Source of the DNA: Eledone cirrhosa
Taxonomy: Eukaryota
Length of the DNA: 64,000 bases
Reading direction: 5' to 3'
Assembly (NCBI GenBank): GCA_964016885.1
Contig: OZ024741.1
Span: forward strand, 324,694,001 to 324,758,000
Under the pieces are notes generated by a model, which had not been told where the DNA came from, did no database searches, and saw only the letters and a program-made list of their open reading frames with translations. The position numbers and the translations under genes are program-made. Shown piece after piece: positions 28,303 through 40,969 of the stretch (its first letter is position 1; each line of letters opens with the position of its first letter).

Positions 28303-29830
28303 TTAAAAGAGGAAAATAGATGACTCACCCTTCGTCTCCTGGGGACCAGGCTGCACGATTTCCATGGGGGTGCTGGAGGGGTTGTCTGGGTGGGTGGTGG
28401 TTTCCGGCGGGGTGGGGACGGAGATGTTTGGTGGGGTGGGGCCTGGTGGGATGGGGGTGTCTGGGGTGGGGAAACATTTGAGAAGGACGCGATTAAGTGG
28501 TTTCACGCAGGAATTCCCCACATCCTTTTCAAATGTTTCTTTTAGGGACCTATAAGTTTGTATAGGGACCCTAATCAGTTTTAGGTTCAGTTTTTTGTTA
28601 TTTTTAATAGAGTGGGCGAAAGTTTTCCCTTCGGTTTTCACCGAAGGGTCGTTCGTGGTGGTCTCCATTAGTGTTTTGTTTTCAGTGTTTATGTAAGTGT
28701 AAGTGTAATTTTCTTGTGTTGTGTTTGTTTTTGTCTGTAGTTCTTGTGTGTGCTTTCGTTTTGTTGTAGGTATTTTGTTTTCAGGAGGTAAGGGTTTTGT
28801 TTGTGATGTTTTTGTTGTTTGTGTTGGTGGTTGTATGTTTGTGGTAGTGTTTGCTGGTTTTTTGCTTTTGTGATGTCTTTTCTTTCTTTTCGAGCGATGG
28901 GGTTCTCCCTCGTCTTCACTGGGTGATGGCGAGATAGCCTCATCTGTTGTATCGTCTGTGTGATTGGGGAGGGGTATGTCTTGGGGAGCTGTTGTGTTTG
29001 TATGTGATTTTGCAGTGGTTTTAGGTGGAGTGGAGTTGGATGGGACTGTGTTTGTTGTGGTTATTTTTGTGTGTTGGTGTTGGTGTTGGTGTTGGTGTTG
29101 TTGTTGTGGTGGTGTTGGTGGTTGTTTTGTTTTGATGGGTGTCGGCAGAAGAGCCTTTTTTTTACTCATTAATTTAGGACAGGAAGCCCTCAGGTGACCC
29201 CTGCTAAAGCAATGGTAACATGAAGGCCGCCCACCCTCAACCGAAAAGTTTATGTAGGTGAGTCCGTCCATGAGTACACGTTGTGGGATCATAGCTATTC
29301 GCTCTGGGCTCATTTGCACCAGAACTTCAACGCTAGTCCCATTGAATACATCTCTGGGGGACTTTCCTACTGACAGTATTCTGTCTTCATCAAAATTGAT
29401 GAAGCCGCACAGTATCCACCATATGTTCACCTTTGGTGTGACACTTGTGATTTTAATCTTTTGTGTCCTTTTTCCCATGTATGTAGGGAAAAAGGTATAC
29501 AGGTTGGATACAATTGGCGACACAGAGTAATTTTGGGCTGTCAATTGATCCTTCATGAGTACCGAAATACTCCCAAAGAGTTTGCTTCTTTGAATGAATG
29601 CAATATCATTCATTGAATTTTTGAAAACCAGTTCAATTTCTTTCTGTGACAATTGGACTGGTTTTCGGGTAGAATTGGAAACTGTCCTAAAAACTATCGT
29701 TTTGAGAGCAGTTTCCTTGCGAATTTCTACCGGAGAATTGATGCTGAAAGCACCATTTTTTTCGAAAGTGACATATCTCCTAGCGTCCTTTAAAAGTTGT
29801 TCGGCATTTGTTATGTCGAGATATGTCAGT
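28303..29830 (-). CDS. LINE ORF1 (gag-like, CCHC zinc knuckle, Thr/Pro-rich tail); N-terminus frameshifted further upstream to about 30240
   Basis: CYHCFSRGHLRASC is CX2CX4HX4C. Homologous to 34266-35480 and ends just upstream of the ORF2 ATG. Confidence 0.8.
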
Positions 29831-30479
29831 TCCTCCTTTTTCTGAACTGTCTGTGCAAAGGAGATTTTGGTTTCTTTGTGGAATTATCCGTGATGGTGGT
29901 GTTGTCATTATTGTTGTTATTGTTGTTGTTACTCTTGTTGTCACTGATGTTGATATTATTCGTATTTTCCTTGGTGTTGGTGTTGTTGTTGTCTTTGTTG
30001 CAGGTGTTATTGGTGCTGTCTTTATTTTTTTCTTTGTTGTTGTTGTCATTGTTGTTTTTATCATTATTATTGGTGTTGTTGTTATTTTTGTTTGGTGTCA
30101 TTTGTGTTTTTGGGATATGAATTTGTTTTTTACAATTTCTTTTCGTCTTTCCATCTCCATAGTATCTAGGGAAGAAGACGATGTTGACTGCGAGCTATGT
30201 AGTCTTACCGACTCTCCACCACCATTATCGTTGAACGCAGCGTTCATAACGTAATCAAACTTCTTACGATATTTTTTCAAAAATTCGATGGAGAAAAAAT
30301 TTTTCAAACGGATATTTCGCCCCTGAAGGGGCGAAAATGAGTTGACTCGCCACCTGAAGGTCCAAACGGAGGGGGGGGGGGGGGTCAAGTTACACAATAA
30401 TAAAAAATTTAACTGAAAACTCACGTTTTTTTCTTACATAAAATAACGAAAACTTCTCCGCGAAGTTACACACGTCTGG

Positions 30480-30544
<65 letters not shown>
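30480..30544. repeat. (GATA)n microsatellite between tandem LINE copies
   Basis: Perfect tagatagata.. run. Similar runs lie at 24575-24607, 35672-35700 and about 36022. Confidence 0.98.
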
Positions 30545-30777
30545 TTCTTTATTAGCCACAAGGGCGCAACAAGAAAGGGGACAATACAAAGACATGCCGG
30601 GGATTTTACATACAGTCGTGTAAAAAATATAAAAACAAACAATTTCAACAATCGAAATCCCCAATAGGGGGGAGGCGCCACAAATGGGTTGTTTAATACC
30701 CCGTCGATAGAACAACCCTCAATTCGAGGAGCGTGTTATGCAAGTGCTCCTTTCTTCCTTTTGCTCTCTTCCTCAAC

Positions 30778-33700
30778 CTACAGGCTTATAAACAGAGAAG
30801 GCCCAATCACTCAGGCCATTTTCGCTTCATTCACCCACCTTTCAGTAAATTTACTGGGGTGCAGTGCCTCTCTCTCCACCCTGATTCTCCTTCTAAAGTG
30901 ATACTTAAAGAAGGGAATCAATTGTTGTCCGGAGAGAAAGGCATCTGTCCTCAGTCCTCTCAACCTCGTCCACCTTATAACTTCTTTCACCATAGCCACT
31001 GTACAGAGGAAAACCGCCTCTCTTTCGTTTTTGAAAGAGTCTGGCGGTTTGATCCTTACTATGGACTCGGCAGTCAACTGTATTTGTCCCATACGCGACA
31101 GCAGTTGTTCTGCATAGTTCCACAGGTCGCTTACGCCCGGGCAGTGTACAATTGCGTGCAGAACTGTTTCAATGTCCTGCGCACATCTTGGACACGTCCT
31201 CTTGGAAGGATCCCTGCCAGGGCGTCCGTGCCTGTAGATCTTGTCACGAACCGGTAGAGCTCCTCGGTAGCACTGCCAGGCCAGGGACCTCTGGAAGTTG
31301 TCCATAGGTCCCGGGCGGAAAGTCCTACCAAACATACTGGTGAGCTCATCGTCTTCGACGCCCAGAGTCTCTCCGAGCACGTCGTCGCCCTTGTAACGTA
31401 CAATCCCTCTATAGAATGTCGAAGTGGAGTCTCCACTGATTGCTGCGCCCGCTTGCCAGAGGACTGTGAGCGCCTGAGCGCATTCAATGTGCCAGGCGCC
31501 CATCGTTTTCGGTCTTTTCTTCACCCAGGACTGCAGCTCCGTTAGCGAGACGAGCTGTGGGAAAGCCTGTCTCACAAACGGTGCCCACACAGGTTGGAGG
31601 TCGGTGAGGAATACCTGGAGATGCCGCAGCCTCAGCGCATGTTTGCGCATCATCAGCCACGGCATTCCCAGCCCTCCGTTGGAAGGGTGCTGACAGCAGA
31701 CGGATCTCCTCACCAGCGGAGCCTGCTTCTTCCACAGAAACTGGAAGAGCATGCGTTCCATCTTGGCGAGGTGTTCACGGGGACAAGGCACGGCAGTCAA
31801 GCGGTAGTAGATGACGGACGCTATGAAAGTGTTCGCCACCTCCGCTCGACCTTTCAAGGACAGTTTGCACTCTGCCCACTTCTGAGTGAGTGCAAACACC
31901 TTGGCCGTGACCTCGTTCCAGTTTTTCTCCACCTGGAGGTCTGGACCGAACCAGACCCCGAGCAATTTCACCGGTCCGTCCGTCCAGCGTCCAACGACGC
32001 TGTCGTATGTCATCGGTTTGCCTCTCCACGTACCGAGTTGCAAACCGACAGACTTGTCTGGGTTTAGTTTTGCTCCCGTCAGCGTTTCGTATTCTTTCAG
32101 TATGTTGCCGATCACCCCGATTTCCGAAGTGCTCGACACCATTACTGTCACGTCGTCGGCATAAGCTGACGCCGCTTTGCGCAGTCCCGGTTCTAGGGGG
32201 ATGCCCTGCAACAGCTCCAATTTCCGCAGTAGTGGCTCTAGAGTCAATACATACAGAATGGAGGAGAGAGGGCATCCCTGTCGAATGGAACGCGTGATTG
32301 CGAACGGCTCCGATAGGTAGCCGTTCACCTTGACCCTCGAGCAGATGCTGGAGTGCATCGCCTCGATCCATCCTCTGAACACGGGACCGAAACCGGCCGC
32401 CTTGAGAACCGCTTCCAAGTATCGATGGTCGACCCTATCGAATGCCTTAGACTGATCCAAGTTGATCAGAGCCCCACCGAAGCCGGGTTTACTACCCACC
32501 CTCTCTATGATGTATCGCATGAGGTGGAGGTTGTCGTGTATGGACCTGGTTGGGATTGCACACGTTTGCGCTTTCCCTACCAGGTTCTCGACGACAAGCG
32601 CCAACCTCGTCGCTAGCACCTTGGCCAAAATCTTTAACTCTGTGTTGAGCAGAGTTCTGAGCCTGAAGTTGTTAATTTCGTCCCCCTTGTTCTCGTCTTT
32701 CCTGATCAGAGTTACTACGCCCTTGCCTGCAGAACTGGGAATTCTCCCGTTCTGCTGCCAATTGCAGTAGACGGCTTCGAGGACGCCAGAGAACAAGTCC
32801 GGCATGCCTATGTAAAATTCGTAGGGTAGACCATCTAGACCGGGTGACTTGCGTTTCCCGCAGCGGCCCAGAGCGTCCCGTATCTCAGTGTCCGTGATCG
32901 GTCTTTCGCAGAACTCGGCGTCCGTGTTCGAGAGACGCGGCAGGCCGTCGAGGTATGAACTAAAGTCCATTGCCCCGTTCGGCTCACCGTCGTTCTGCTC
33001 AAACAGTCGCGCAAAGTGCCGCTAAAAGGCCGCACACATTTGCTTGGGGTCAAGTAGCACGCGTCCGTTTTGGTCTTTCAAAGACTGAATCGTGGACTTG
33101 TTGCCACTTTTTGCCTCCGCCACTCGGGCCCAGCTGACAGCTTTCGCTCCTTCGTTTCCTAGAGCACGTGTTTTGCTTCTGACCACGCAGCCTTCGTGTT
33201 TCGCATCGAAGAACTGGTCCAGTGCCGTTCTCGACGCTAACACTCTAGCCGCGTTGCCATTTCTAAGTGCCTCCTCTACCTTGGCTACTAGTTCTCTTTC
33301 TATTCTGTTTTTCTCTAAGGCTAACTCTCTGCTATACCCTATCGATTCTATTCTAATTGCTTTCTTGAGAGAGTACCACCATCTATTGTTGACGATGGCT
33401 CCCGTTAACTGTTGCTTGACTAGTTTACTTATCCGTTCATTGTAAGCTTTACGTGCCGGCAACGACACGTTCAGCTTCCAGTATCCGGGACCCTGTCTAT
33501 GTATTATATCACGGTTGACTAAGCAGACGACTAACTTGTGATCTGAATAGGCAACCATGTGCATTCGTGGACAGCTTAACATATCCTTGTCCCTTTCTCT
33601 AATGAAGAACCTATCTAAATACGATCTAGATGTCCCACTGCGGTTTACCCACGTCCACTGTGGTGCAGTCGGGAAATCCAGTCGATACCTATCGGCCAGT

Positions 33701-34224
33701 TGGAATTGGCCGATTAAAGTTTTGAGGCTGTTGCACCCCGCTCTACTGGGACATGCTCCCACATAGTCCCATCGTGCATCTAGGATACCATTCCAGTCCC
33801 CCACTAAAAGTAAGGAGCGAGACATTCCCAGAAAAGACTCTAGACGCTTAAAGAAGTCTGGCCGTGATTGCGATTGCCCGGTCGGGGCATAAACGGCCAC
33901 CAGTCTGAAGGCTCCACCTCCGATACTGTTCACGTCTAGGACTACCAGTCTACCCTCCGGGTCCAAGTGTACTTGCTGTACTCCGACGTCCAGGTTCTTC
34001 CGAAACATAACAGCCACTCCACCTCCACCTCCTGGCTGACAGAGAGATGCGTAGATCTCAAAGTCGTCGAAGATGGGGGTTAGTTGCTGCCTGTTGTGGA
34101 TTCTGGACTCGGTGATGGCTATCACATCCATACTGTGTGACCTAAGGTCATTTAAAAGTTGGCCCTGTTTCCAGGGCATCCCTAGGCCACGCACATTCAC
34201 GGTTCCAACTCGTAAACCAGCCAT
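30778..34224 (-). pseudogene. LINE ORF2, nearly intact (in-frame TAG at 33022-33024, late TGA at 30811)
   Basis: ORFs 33022-34224 and 30811-32970 are in the same frame. Motifs GDWN, SYLDR, SDH, YADD and CPRCAQDIETVLHAIVHC are all present. Confidence 0.95.
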
Positions 34225-34265
34225 GTTGGTGAAGAAAAGTTGGAGAAAAAGGACGAAAGGTGCAC

Positions 34266-35480
34266 TTACCTTTTCGTTTCCTGGAGATCGGGTTGTTCAA
34301 TCTCCATTTGGGTGCTGGATGGGGTGTTGGGTGGGGTGGGGAAACCTTTCAACAGGACGAGGTTGATGGGTTTGTGGCAGGGGTTGCCCACGTCCTGTGA
34401 AAATTTAATTTTCAGGTCTTTATAGGTTTCCATAGAAACCCTTATAAGTTTAAGGTGTGGAGACGATTCTGCCTTGACGAAAGTTTTGCCCTCCGTCTCC
34501 ACCTTGGGGTTTTGGGAGATGACCTCCATCAAACTCTTGTTGTTTGTGTTGATGTATGCGTATTGTTGTTTGTGTTTTTGTTGTATTGTTTTAGTTTGTT
34601 GTTCATCTGGGAGTTTTCTTTTTATGGTGGGTGCTTGTGTTTGGGGTGGTGTTGGTGCTGGTTTTGCTGATAGGGGGATGTTTGACTGTGGTGTTGTTTG
34701 TGTTGTTGTTTGTGTCTGTGGTTGTGTGTTGGTGTTGGTGATTGGAATTTTGGAGGTTTTGTGGTGTCTCTTTTTTTGTTTTTTGGATTTCCGCGGTTCT
34801 CCCTCTTCTTCACTTAAAGAAGGAGAAGCAGCTTCATCCGTCGATGAATAATCATCGTCAGGTGTGTGGGGTAAGGGTATGTTGTGTGGTGGTGGTGGTG
34901 TTTCGGTATGTGTGTTTGTGGTAGTGTTTGATGGAGTGGGATGGAGTGGGGATGTGTTCTTCAGGGGTGTTGCCTCTGTTTTTTCTGTTGTTGTTGGTTG
35001 AGTGTCTGTTTGTTTTGGTGTGGTTGCTCGTTTCGTCTGTCGTTGTACTTGTGGTGGTGGTGGTGGTGGTGGTTGTTTTGGTGTTGGTGTTGGTAATAGC
35101 GTTTTTTTTATGATGTTGCTGTTGTGTGTTTGTGGACAAGAGGCTTTTAGGTGAGATGTGCTACCACAGCGAAAGCAGTGAAATTTTCTTCCTTCTACCG
35201 AAATGTTTATTTTGTTGTTATTATCAATAACGACTCTTTCGGGTATTTTGGAGATTCTCTCCGGTTTCATTTGCAACAGAATCTCCAAATCGGTGCCCGC
35301 CCACCTTTGTCGAATGGATTTTCGTATCGAAAGTATTATGTCTGTTTCTGGCTCTACGAAGCCAGCCAAGATCCACCAGATGTTAATGCTTGGAGGTATG
35401 TTTTTTATTTTTATTTTTTGTGTCCTTTTCCCCATGTATGTAGGGGAAAAGGTGTATGCTTTTGACACTATTGGTGTCAC
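34266..35480 (-). CDS. LINE ORF1 (N-terminally deleted), CCHC knuckle
   Basis: CFRCGSTSHLKASC. PTYMGKRTQKIKI and INIWWIL are shared with copy 1. Confidence 0.82.
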   Translation of the reverse strand: MTPIVSKAYTFSPTYMGKRTQKIKIKNIPPSINIWWILAGFVEPETDIILSIRKSIRQRWAGTDLEILLQMKPERISKIPERVVIDNNNKINISVEGRKFHCFRCGSTSHLKASCPQTHNSNIIKKTLLPTPTPKQPPPPPPPQVQRQTKRATTPKQTDTQPTTTEKTEATPLKNTSPLHPTPSNTTTNTHTETPPPPHNIPLPHTPDDDYSSTDEAASPSLSEEEGEPRKSKKQKKRHHKTSKIPITNTNTQPQTQTTTQTTPQSNIPLSAKPAPTPPQTQAPTIKRKLPDEQQTKTIQQKHKQQYAYINTNNKSLMEVISQNPKVETEGKTFVKAESSPHLKLIRVSMETYKDLKIKFSQDVGNPCHKPINLVLLKGFPTPPNTPSSTQMEIEQPDLQETKR

Positions 35481-35702
35481 AGAGTTTTTTGGGGCCAGTG
35501 CCTCGCTTTTAAACAGTACGGAAACACTTCCGTACTGTTTTCCTCGCTGGAGAAAATCGACGGAGAAGGGGGGAGGTCAAGTTACACAATAATATAAAAT
35601 TTAACTGAAAACTCACGTTTTTTTCTTACATAAAATAACGGAAACTTCTCCGCGAAGTTACACACGTCTGGTAGATAGATAGATAGATAGATAGATAGAT
35701 AT

Positions 35703-36021
35703 CTTTCTTTATTTGCCACATGGGCGTACAAAAATGGGACATTACAAGACGTGATGGCGGGGGTTTTACATAAAAATCATATAACTTTAACATTAATAAA
35801 TAACAATAAACTATATATAATAAAATAACAATTGAAATCCTCAATAAGGGGGGGGGGGGCGTTACTGCAGGATTGTTTTACACTCCGTGGATAGAACAAC
35901 CCTCAACACCAGGAACACGTTTTGTAGGTGTTCCTGTCTTCCCTCTGTTTATCTTCCTTAATCTACAGGTTTATATACAGAGTCATTTTCGCCACATTCA
36001 CCCACCTTTCAGCGAATTAAC
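35703..36021 (-). mobile_element. Tx1/L1 LINE 3' fragment (copy 3, 5'-truncated)
   Basis: Homologous to 30545-30855 (ttcacccacctttcag, ctacagg, tagaacaaccctcaa). The tail aataaagaaagatatctatc is present, and a further tail remnant lies at about 36023-36048. Confidence 0.85.
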
Positions 36022-36419
36022 TGATAGATAAATATCTTTCTTTATTGGCTGATAGATAACTTTCTTTTTATAGACAGACAGATATGCATGTGCGTATATC
36101 AGTCTATCTCTCTATTCATCTATCAATTTGTTTATCTATAAATATATTAATCTGTCTATCTATTAATATTTTTACGAAGGAGATTATAAAGTCAATCATC
36201 AGCTGCAAATGGCATCACTCGTAAATGTTGTAGCTGTTAGACCATTCACTGTAAAATTGTTTATCCTAGCCCGTATGTTAGAAAAAGTCCAAGAGTTATG
36301 TCCCTTGAATAAAATCTATCTTCTAAAAACCATTAATGTTATCAATAGGAAACAAGCGAAACCAGCTAAGTTCATGGATTTTATCAAACCATCTTACTCG
36401 GGGTTTACTACTGTGTCTC

Positions 36420-37370
36420 CTGCCCATTTATTTTTGCTTGTAAAATCTGTTCAGCAACTCTTTCCTGAAACATTCTAACCACATAGCATTGGAGCTGTGA
36501 TCTCTCAATTTAGAGAAGTAGCAGTTCTACCTGGAATGACTCTCTGATCTCCAAGTTATGTAATCTATTGAATAACGTTACTGCAAAGACCCTTTGGTAA
36601 GGGCTGGTATGAATAGTGAATTAAAGTTAGTGTGTTTGGCTTTTGCACCTACCTCTCTTCTTCTGCTGACCGAATGCTGAAGCTGTCATATTACTGGCCC
36701 AACTCTTGTAATTCTTGCACTTTATTCAGCCTCATGCTTTCCATCTCACTTTTACACGGATCCCATATACTTAAAATTTTCCATTTGCTTCATTGCATCT
36801 CCACTCACATGTAGAGTGTACTGCGCAAGCTTCCTTGAAAAGATGGGTGTCTCAGTCTTTACTAAAATTTATTCCTGCCATGCATGTCGAAGATCACCTT
36901 CTGACAAGTTAAATAATACCATGTCACCCTTAAATTTCAGCCCATCGATCCTACATTCACCAGTCCTGATACTGCTTCCTACCAGGCTGCACAATTTAAT
37001 CCTGCCCATCAAGGTTATTAACAGGAGAGGTGACTCCCTTGGTGGAGTCTGACAACCACATTGAAAGTTTTTAACTTAACGCCTTTTATCCGAACACAAA
37101 TACAAGGGCATTCTTTTGAAGACATCAAGGCAATCGATCCCATACTCCTGAATAACTTACCACTACAAGTTTCTCTTGGTAATATTCCTATCATTTTTCA
37201 AAGTCCTGACACAGTGTAAATATTTGGTCAGCTGTGCTGCAACCAAGAGAAGCTCACTGTTCCTCTGCTAGCTTGGACTCAACAATATCCATACATTTCT
37301 TTGCCCAACTATAGACTTTACCAATGAAGCTCAACAAGGAGATCCCTCTATAATTGGTGAAATCGTGTGG
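36420..37370 (-). mobile_element. RTE-clade LINE remnant (RT region)
   Basis: Homologous to 10850-11340 (ttggagctgtgatctctcaatt, ttcctgaaacattctaaccaca). It includes YRGISLLSFIGKVY and GCQTPPRE-like RT traces. Confidence 0.75.
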
Positions 37371-39465
37371 ACATATTTAATATAATGAGCATTAAACTTC
37401 TAATTCAAAATATGTATGTCTTGCCAATTCTGGAGTAAAGTGAAGTTGTGTTACATGGAGTAGAGTTGAGAGAAGGTATATAGGATTGAGTAAAGGGAAG
37501 TGCAGTTGATGGAAGCAAAATGGAACTGATTAAATTAAAGTGAAGTAAATCAGATTCAGCAGGAAATAAACCCACTAATGCTCCCTCAGACCAAAAATCA
37601 CATTAAATCATCTTAAAAATAGGGAAGTACACTGATAATGTAGGTTCCATGCAAGCCTGGTGGTCATGGTCAGAATACATTGATCATAGGTCTGCTTGAT
37701 TAGGATTGACTTTGGGCTGAACTACAAAAACAGTAAACCTTTATTACAGACTCAACTTCTTGGGGAGCTTAACTGTCATTATTTTACCACACTCAAAATC
37801 TCTTCTATTTATCACCAACACCACCCACCACACTCAGTATCACCACCATTACCACCACCCCTAACTCAACAAGAGCAACTCCAATATTAGACATACTCAA
37901 CGCCACCACTCCACCATTCATACTCAAAACTAAAACTATCCATACTCATCACAACCACCACCTGTATTCAACACCAACATCACCCATATTCCATACTCTC
38001 ACTTGCCCTAAGTATTCCCAACACCCTCCCTAATCAATACCACCACCACCCCCACCACATGTAATCAGCACAAATGCCACCCTTAATCAACACCTATTTA
38101 GCTATTTTCCCCCTCTAAAATCCTTAGATACTTTCACTATGACAGTAGCTACACTCTCTAATCCTGTGCACTGCTATCTCACCCACCTCTTCCACTTCCA
38201 CTTCTTATCTATTCTCTCAATAAATGTGCTACCCTCCAAAGAATCCCGACACACAGATGAGTACCCCTGAATCTTTACCACGCTATCAACCACCCCATCC
38301 ATGCCCCCACCATTATCACCTCTTAGCTATTCTCACCACCATTACATCCCCCTCCCCTATGCTATTGGAGGTTACCTCTTCCATCTTACTCATAACCCTT
38401 TCAAATCCTATTGCACTTGCCCTACACTCATAATATCATACTTATCTTCCTTCTCCATACCCCTCACAAAGAGCAGAGAGGGCTCTTCAGGTGAAACAAC
38501 AACTGACACTCTCTAGTACAAAAATGCACTCAGTACATCTTGTAATGTACCTGGCAATAAAAAAGGGGATCCTGCTGTAGAAACCATGCCAAAAAGTGTT
38601 GAGAGGACCCTTCAGTCGTGTCAACGGCAATGCAATTTCTCTAGTGTTGGTGATCTTCAGCTCTGCCTAAGACATGACAATCTCCCTAATGTTGATGATC
38701 TGCATCATAATTGCAACCAGTACATAGTGTAAAGTGGTTGGTAATATGAAGGACATCTAACCAAATAATGGGTTGGAGGAGTCTTCAGCTGCATCAAAGT
38801 CATGACAACGTCTCTAATGCTGATGTCATGATAAAATGCATTTGGTCAAGTGTGGGACCATATGTAAGTTAGATGTGTGCATTCAGCCTATCTGGGAGGT
38901 CGGTAACCCCACTTAAGTATTCACCTTAACCATTCTTTCCTTTCCTGCAACTAATTTCTATTAAGTCCTCCATCTCTACCTCCCAACCACCACCACCTAT
39001 TTGATCACATTTTTCACAACCCCCACCCACTAGAGTGCCAAGTTACTCATATAACCCAAAGGCATGGGAGCTGTTTGACAATCACTTGGCACTCCTTCAT
39101 TTGTCCACTCTCCCATTTACACCACAGTGTCAAATTGTGGTGATATTGTAGGTTGTGGTCATGGTAGTGGTGGTGGTGGGGGGATGTTTTTAGTCATTGC
39201 CACAGCCACTCCTAATCCCTACCATTTTCACCAAACTTAGCAACCTATTTTTTTCCTATGAGAGAGAGAGTTACAAATGTTTTTTAAAGTCCATTATATG
39301 GTTTCTTGGGCAAGTGTCTTTTACTATAGCTTCAGGTTGGCCTAATCCTTTTGAGTGAAATATTTGGTAGGTTCTGGTGACAAATGATCAGCTAATCTCT
39401 AGTAACATTATATTTTGTGAAATCCTAGTGACAAATATTTTGGTAGGTCCTAGTAATAAATTGTG

Positions 39466-39745
39466 TAGGTGTGTGGCCTAGTGGAAATGGTGTTGCCATT
39501 ATGATCATAATATGTGTCCGATTCCTGGGCTGGGTTGCTTGTTGTGTTCTTGGGCAAAACACTTCATTTCATGTTGCTCCAGTATACTCAGCTGAAAATG
39601 AGAACTAGCAATAGCTGGGTGTTTAACCCTGTAATGGACTGGTATCCTGTTCAGGGAGAAGTCTTATACTCTCAGTCGCTTCACAGCATGAAACCAGGAT
39701 AACCACTGGCCTAATGAACATTCTGGCTTAAGACAGACTTCAGCT
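39466..39745 (+). mobile_element. SINE with central conserved core (second family)
   Basis: tRNA-like head gtgtggcctagtgg..cgattcc, then gttgtgttcttgggcaaaacacttcatttc..gctccagt..aaccctgtaatggactggtatcctgttcaggg. Confidence 0.65.
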
Positions 39746-40612
39746 TTTAGTAATAAGTGGTTAGCTAAGCCCTAGAAAGTAAATAAATATTTTGGTAAAT
39801 TCTTGTAACAAATAGTTTGGTAATTTCTAGTAAATAAAAAATAGTTTGGAAGGTCCTAGAAAGAAATTTGGTTGGCCAGTAGTCTGGCAGAATTTTCAAA
39901 AAGTTGATATTTGAGCCAATTTCAAGTTCAAATTCTCTCTCCTTTTGCCAGGATTTGCAACCAGTATATTATACATTTTGAAAAACCAATGGAAACATTA
40001 TTTCTGTTGTCCTATCTCACAATTTAGATTTTATTTAAATTTACCACATTTCTTTCCCACTTGCCTAGAATATATTTCTCATACTATAGAGCTCACTACA
40101 TAACTTTTCAATATTAATCAGCCATCAAATAGATATTTCTCTCTACTTATGTTTAGGATTTAAGCAATTTTGTTACCATATTTTTAATGAAAAACAAACA
40201 CTGTGATTTTCACTGTGATTTTCAAACCTATGATTTTCAAATGATTTTGAAAATAAAAAAGAATTTGTGTAGATTTAGTAATAGAACAAACTTTCTCATT
40301 ATTGGGCTGGTGTTTGGAACATAACTTAAAGATTCTTACATAAAATTAAGATGGAATATTTTTATACAAATATAAACACTTTAAAACAAATAGTAATGTA
40401 TTATAGAGCCAAGGCAGTTTTGGGAAGTTTAGTATCAAAATTAAAATTGTGTTTTTTTTTATTTCAGTTGTTTCAAGAAAAATCAAATAGTCACAATTTC
40501 AAATACTGTTGATGCCCAGCAAAATAAAAAAGTTAACCATTCTTTTGCACTAAAAAATCTGTGAAAATACAGTAACATTTTCAGAAATATAAATACAGAG
40601 AACTGAGGGTAT

Positions 40613-40870
40613 TCATCATCATCACCGTTTTACGTCCGTTCTTCCACGCTAGCATGGGTTAGACGGGTTGTCCTGTTGTGGGCAGTGTCTGGTCGGCTGA
40701 CCATGCCTTGCTCATACAGGAACTGATTTGGCTTGATTTCTACAGCTGGATGCCCTTCCTAACACCAACCTCATTTACAGTGAGTGCTGGGTGCTTTTTC
40801 GTGGCGCCTACACGTCCACTTTACAGTGTGAGCTGGGTGCTTTTTTGCCGTGGCACCTCCACGACCACCT
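40613..40870 (-). mobile_element. SINE with RTE-like tail ending in (GAT)n
   Basis: catcatcatcaccgttttacgtccg..catgggttagacgg..ctggatgcccttcctaacaccaacc. Related copies lie at 42243-42620 (-) and about 45930-46250 (+). Confidence 0.75.
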
Positions 40871-40969
40871 TGCAGTGGAGGGTGTGGGGAGGCATATTGT
40901 CTATATGCTTCAGCTTGTACCTATGGAAGGTCGGGTACTCTGTATTGTCGGTATTGTCTTAAATATTAA

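Larger units (their letters stand above)
24606..30479 (-). mobile_element. Tx1/L1-clade LINE, full length (copy 1)
   Basis: ORF1 with a CCHC knuckle and ORF2 with APE, RT and a C-terminal Cys motif. The 3' end AATAAAGAAAC runs directly into (TATC)n, and the 5' end abuts (TATC)n. Confidence 0.95.
30545..35671 (-). mobile_element. Tx1/L1-clade LINE (copy 2, related subfamily; ORF1 5' region deleted)
   Basis: Same architecture as copy 1 with an identical 5' terminus (ccagacgtgtgtaacttcgcggagaag). 3' AATAAAGAAA runs into (TCTA)n. Confidence 0.95.

Noticed and set aside
25223-35592. Many plus-strand and alternative-frame ORFs overlapping the LINEs
   Set aside because: Shadow ORFs of GC-richer coding sequence with no recognisable domains.
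37800-38460. C-rich Pro/His ORFs
   Set aside because: Low-complexity, strand-biased decayed repeat sequence with no domain evidence.
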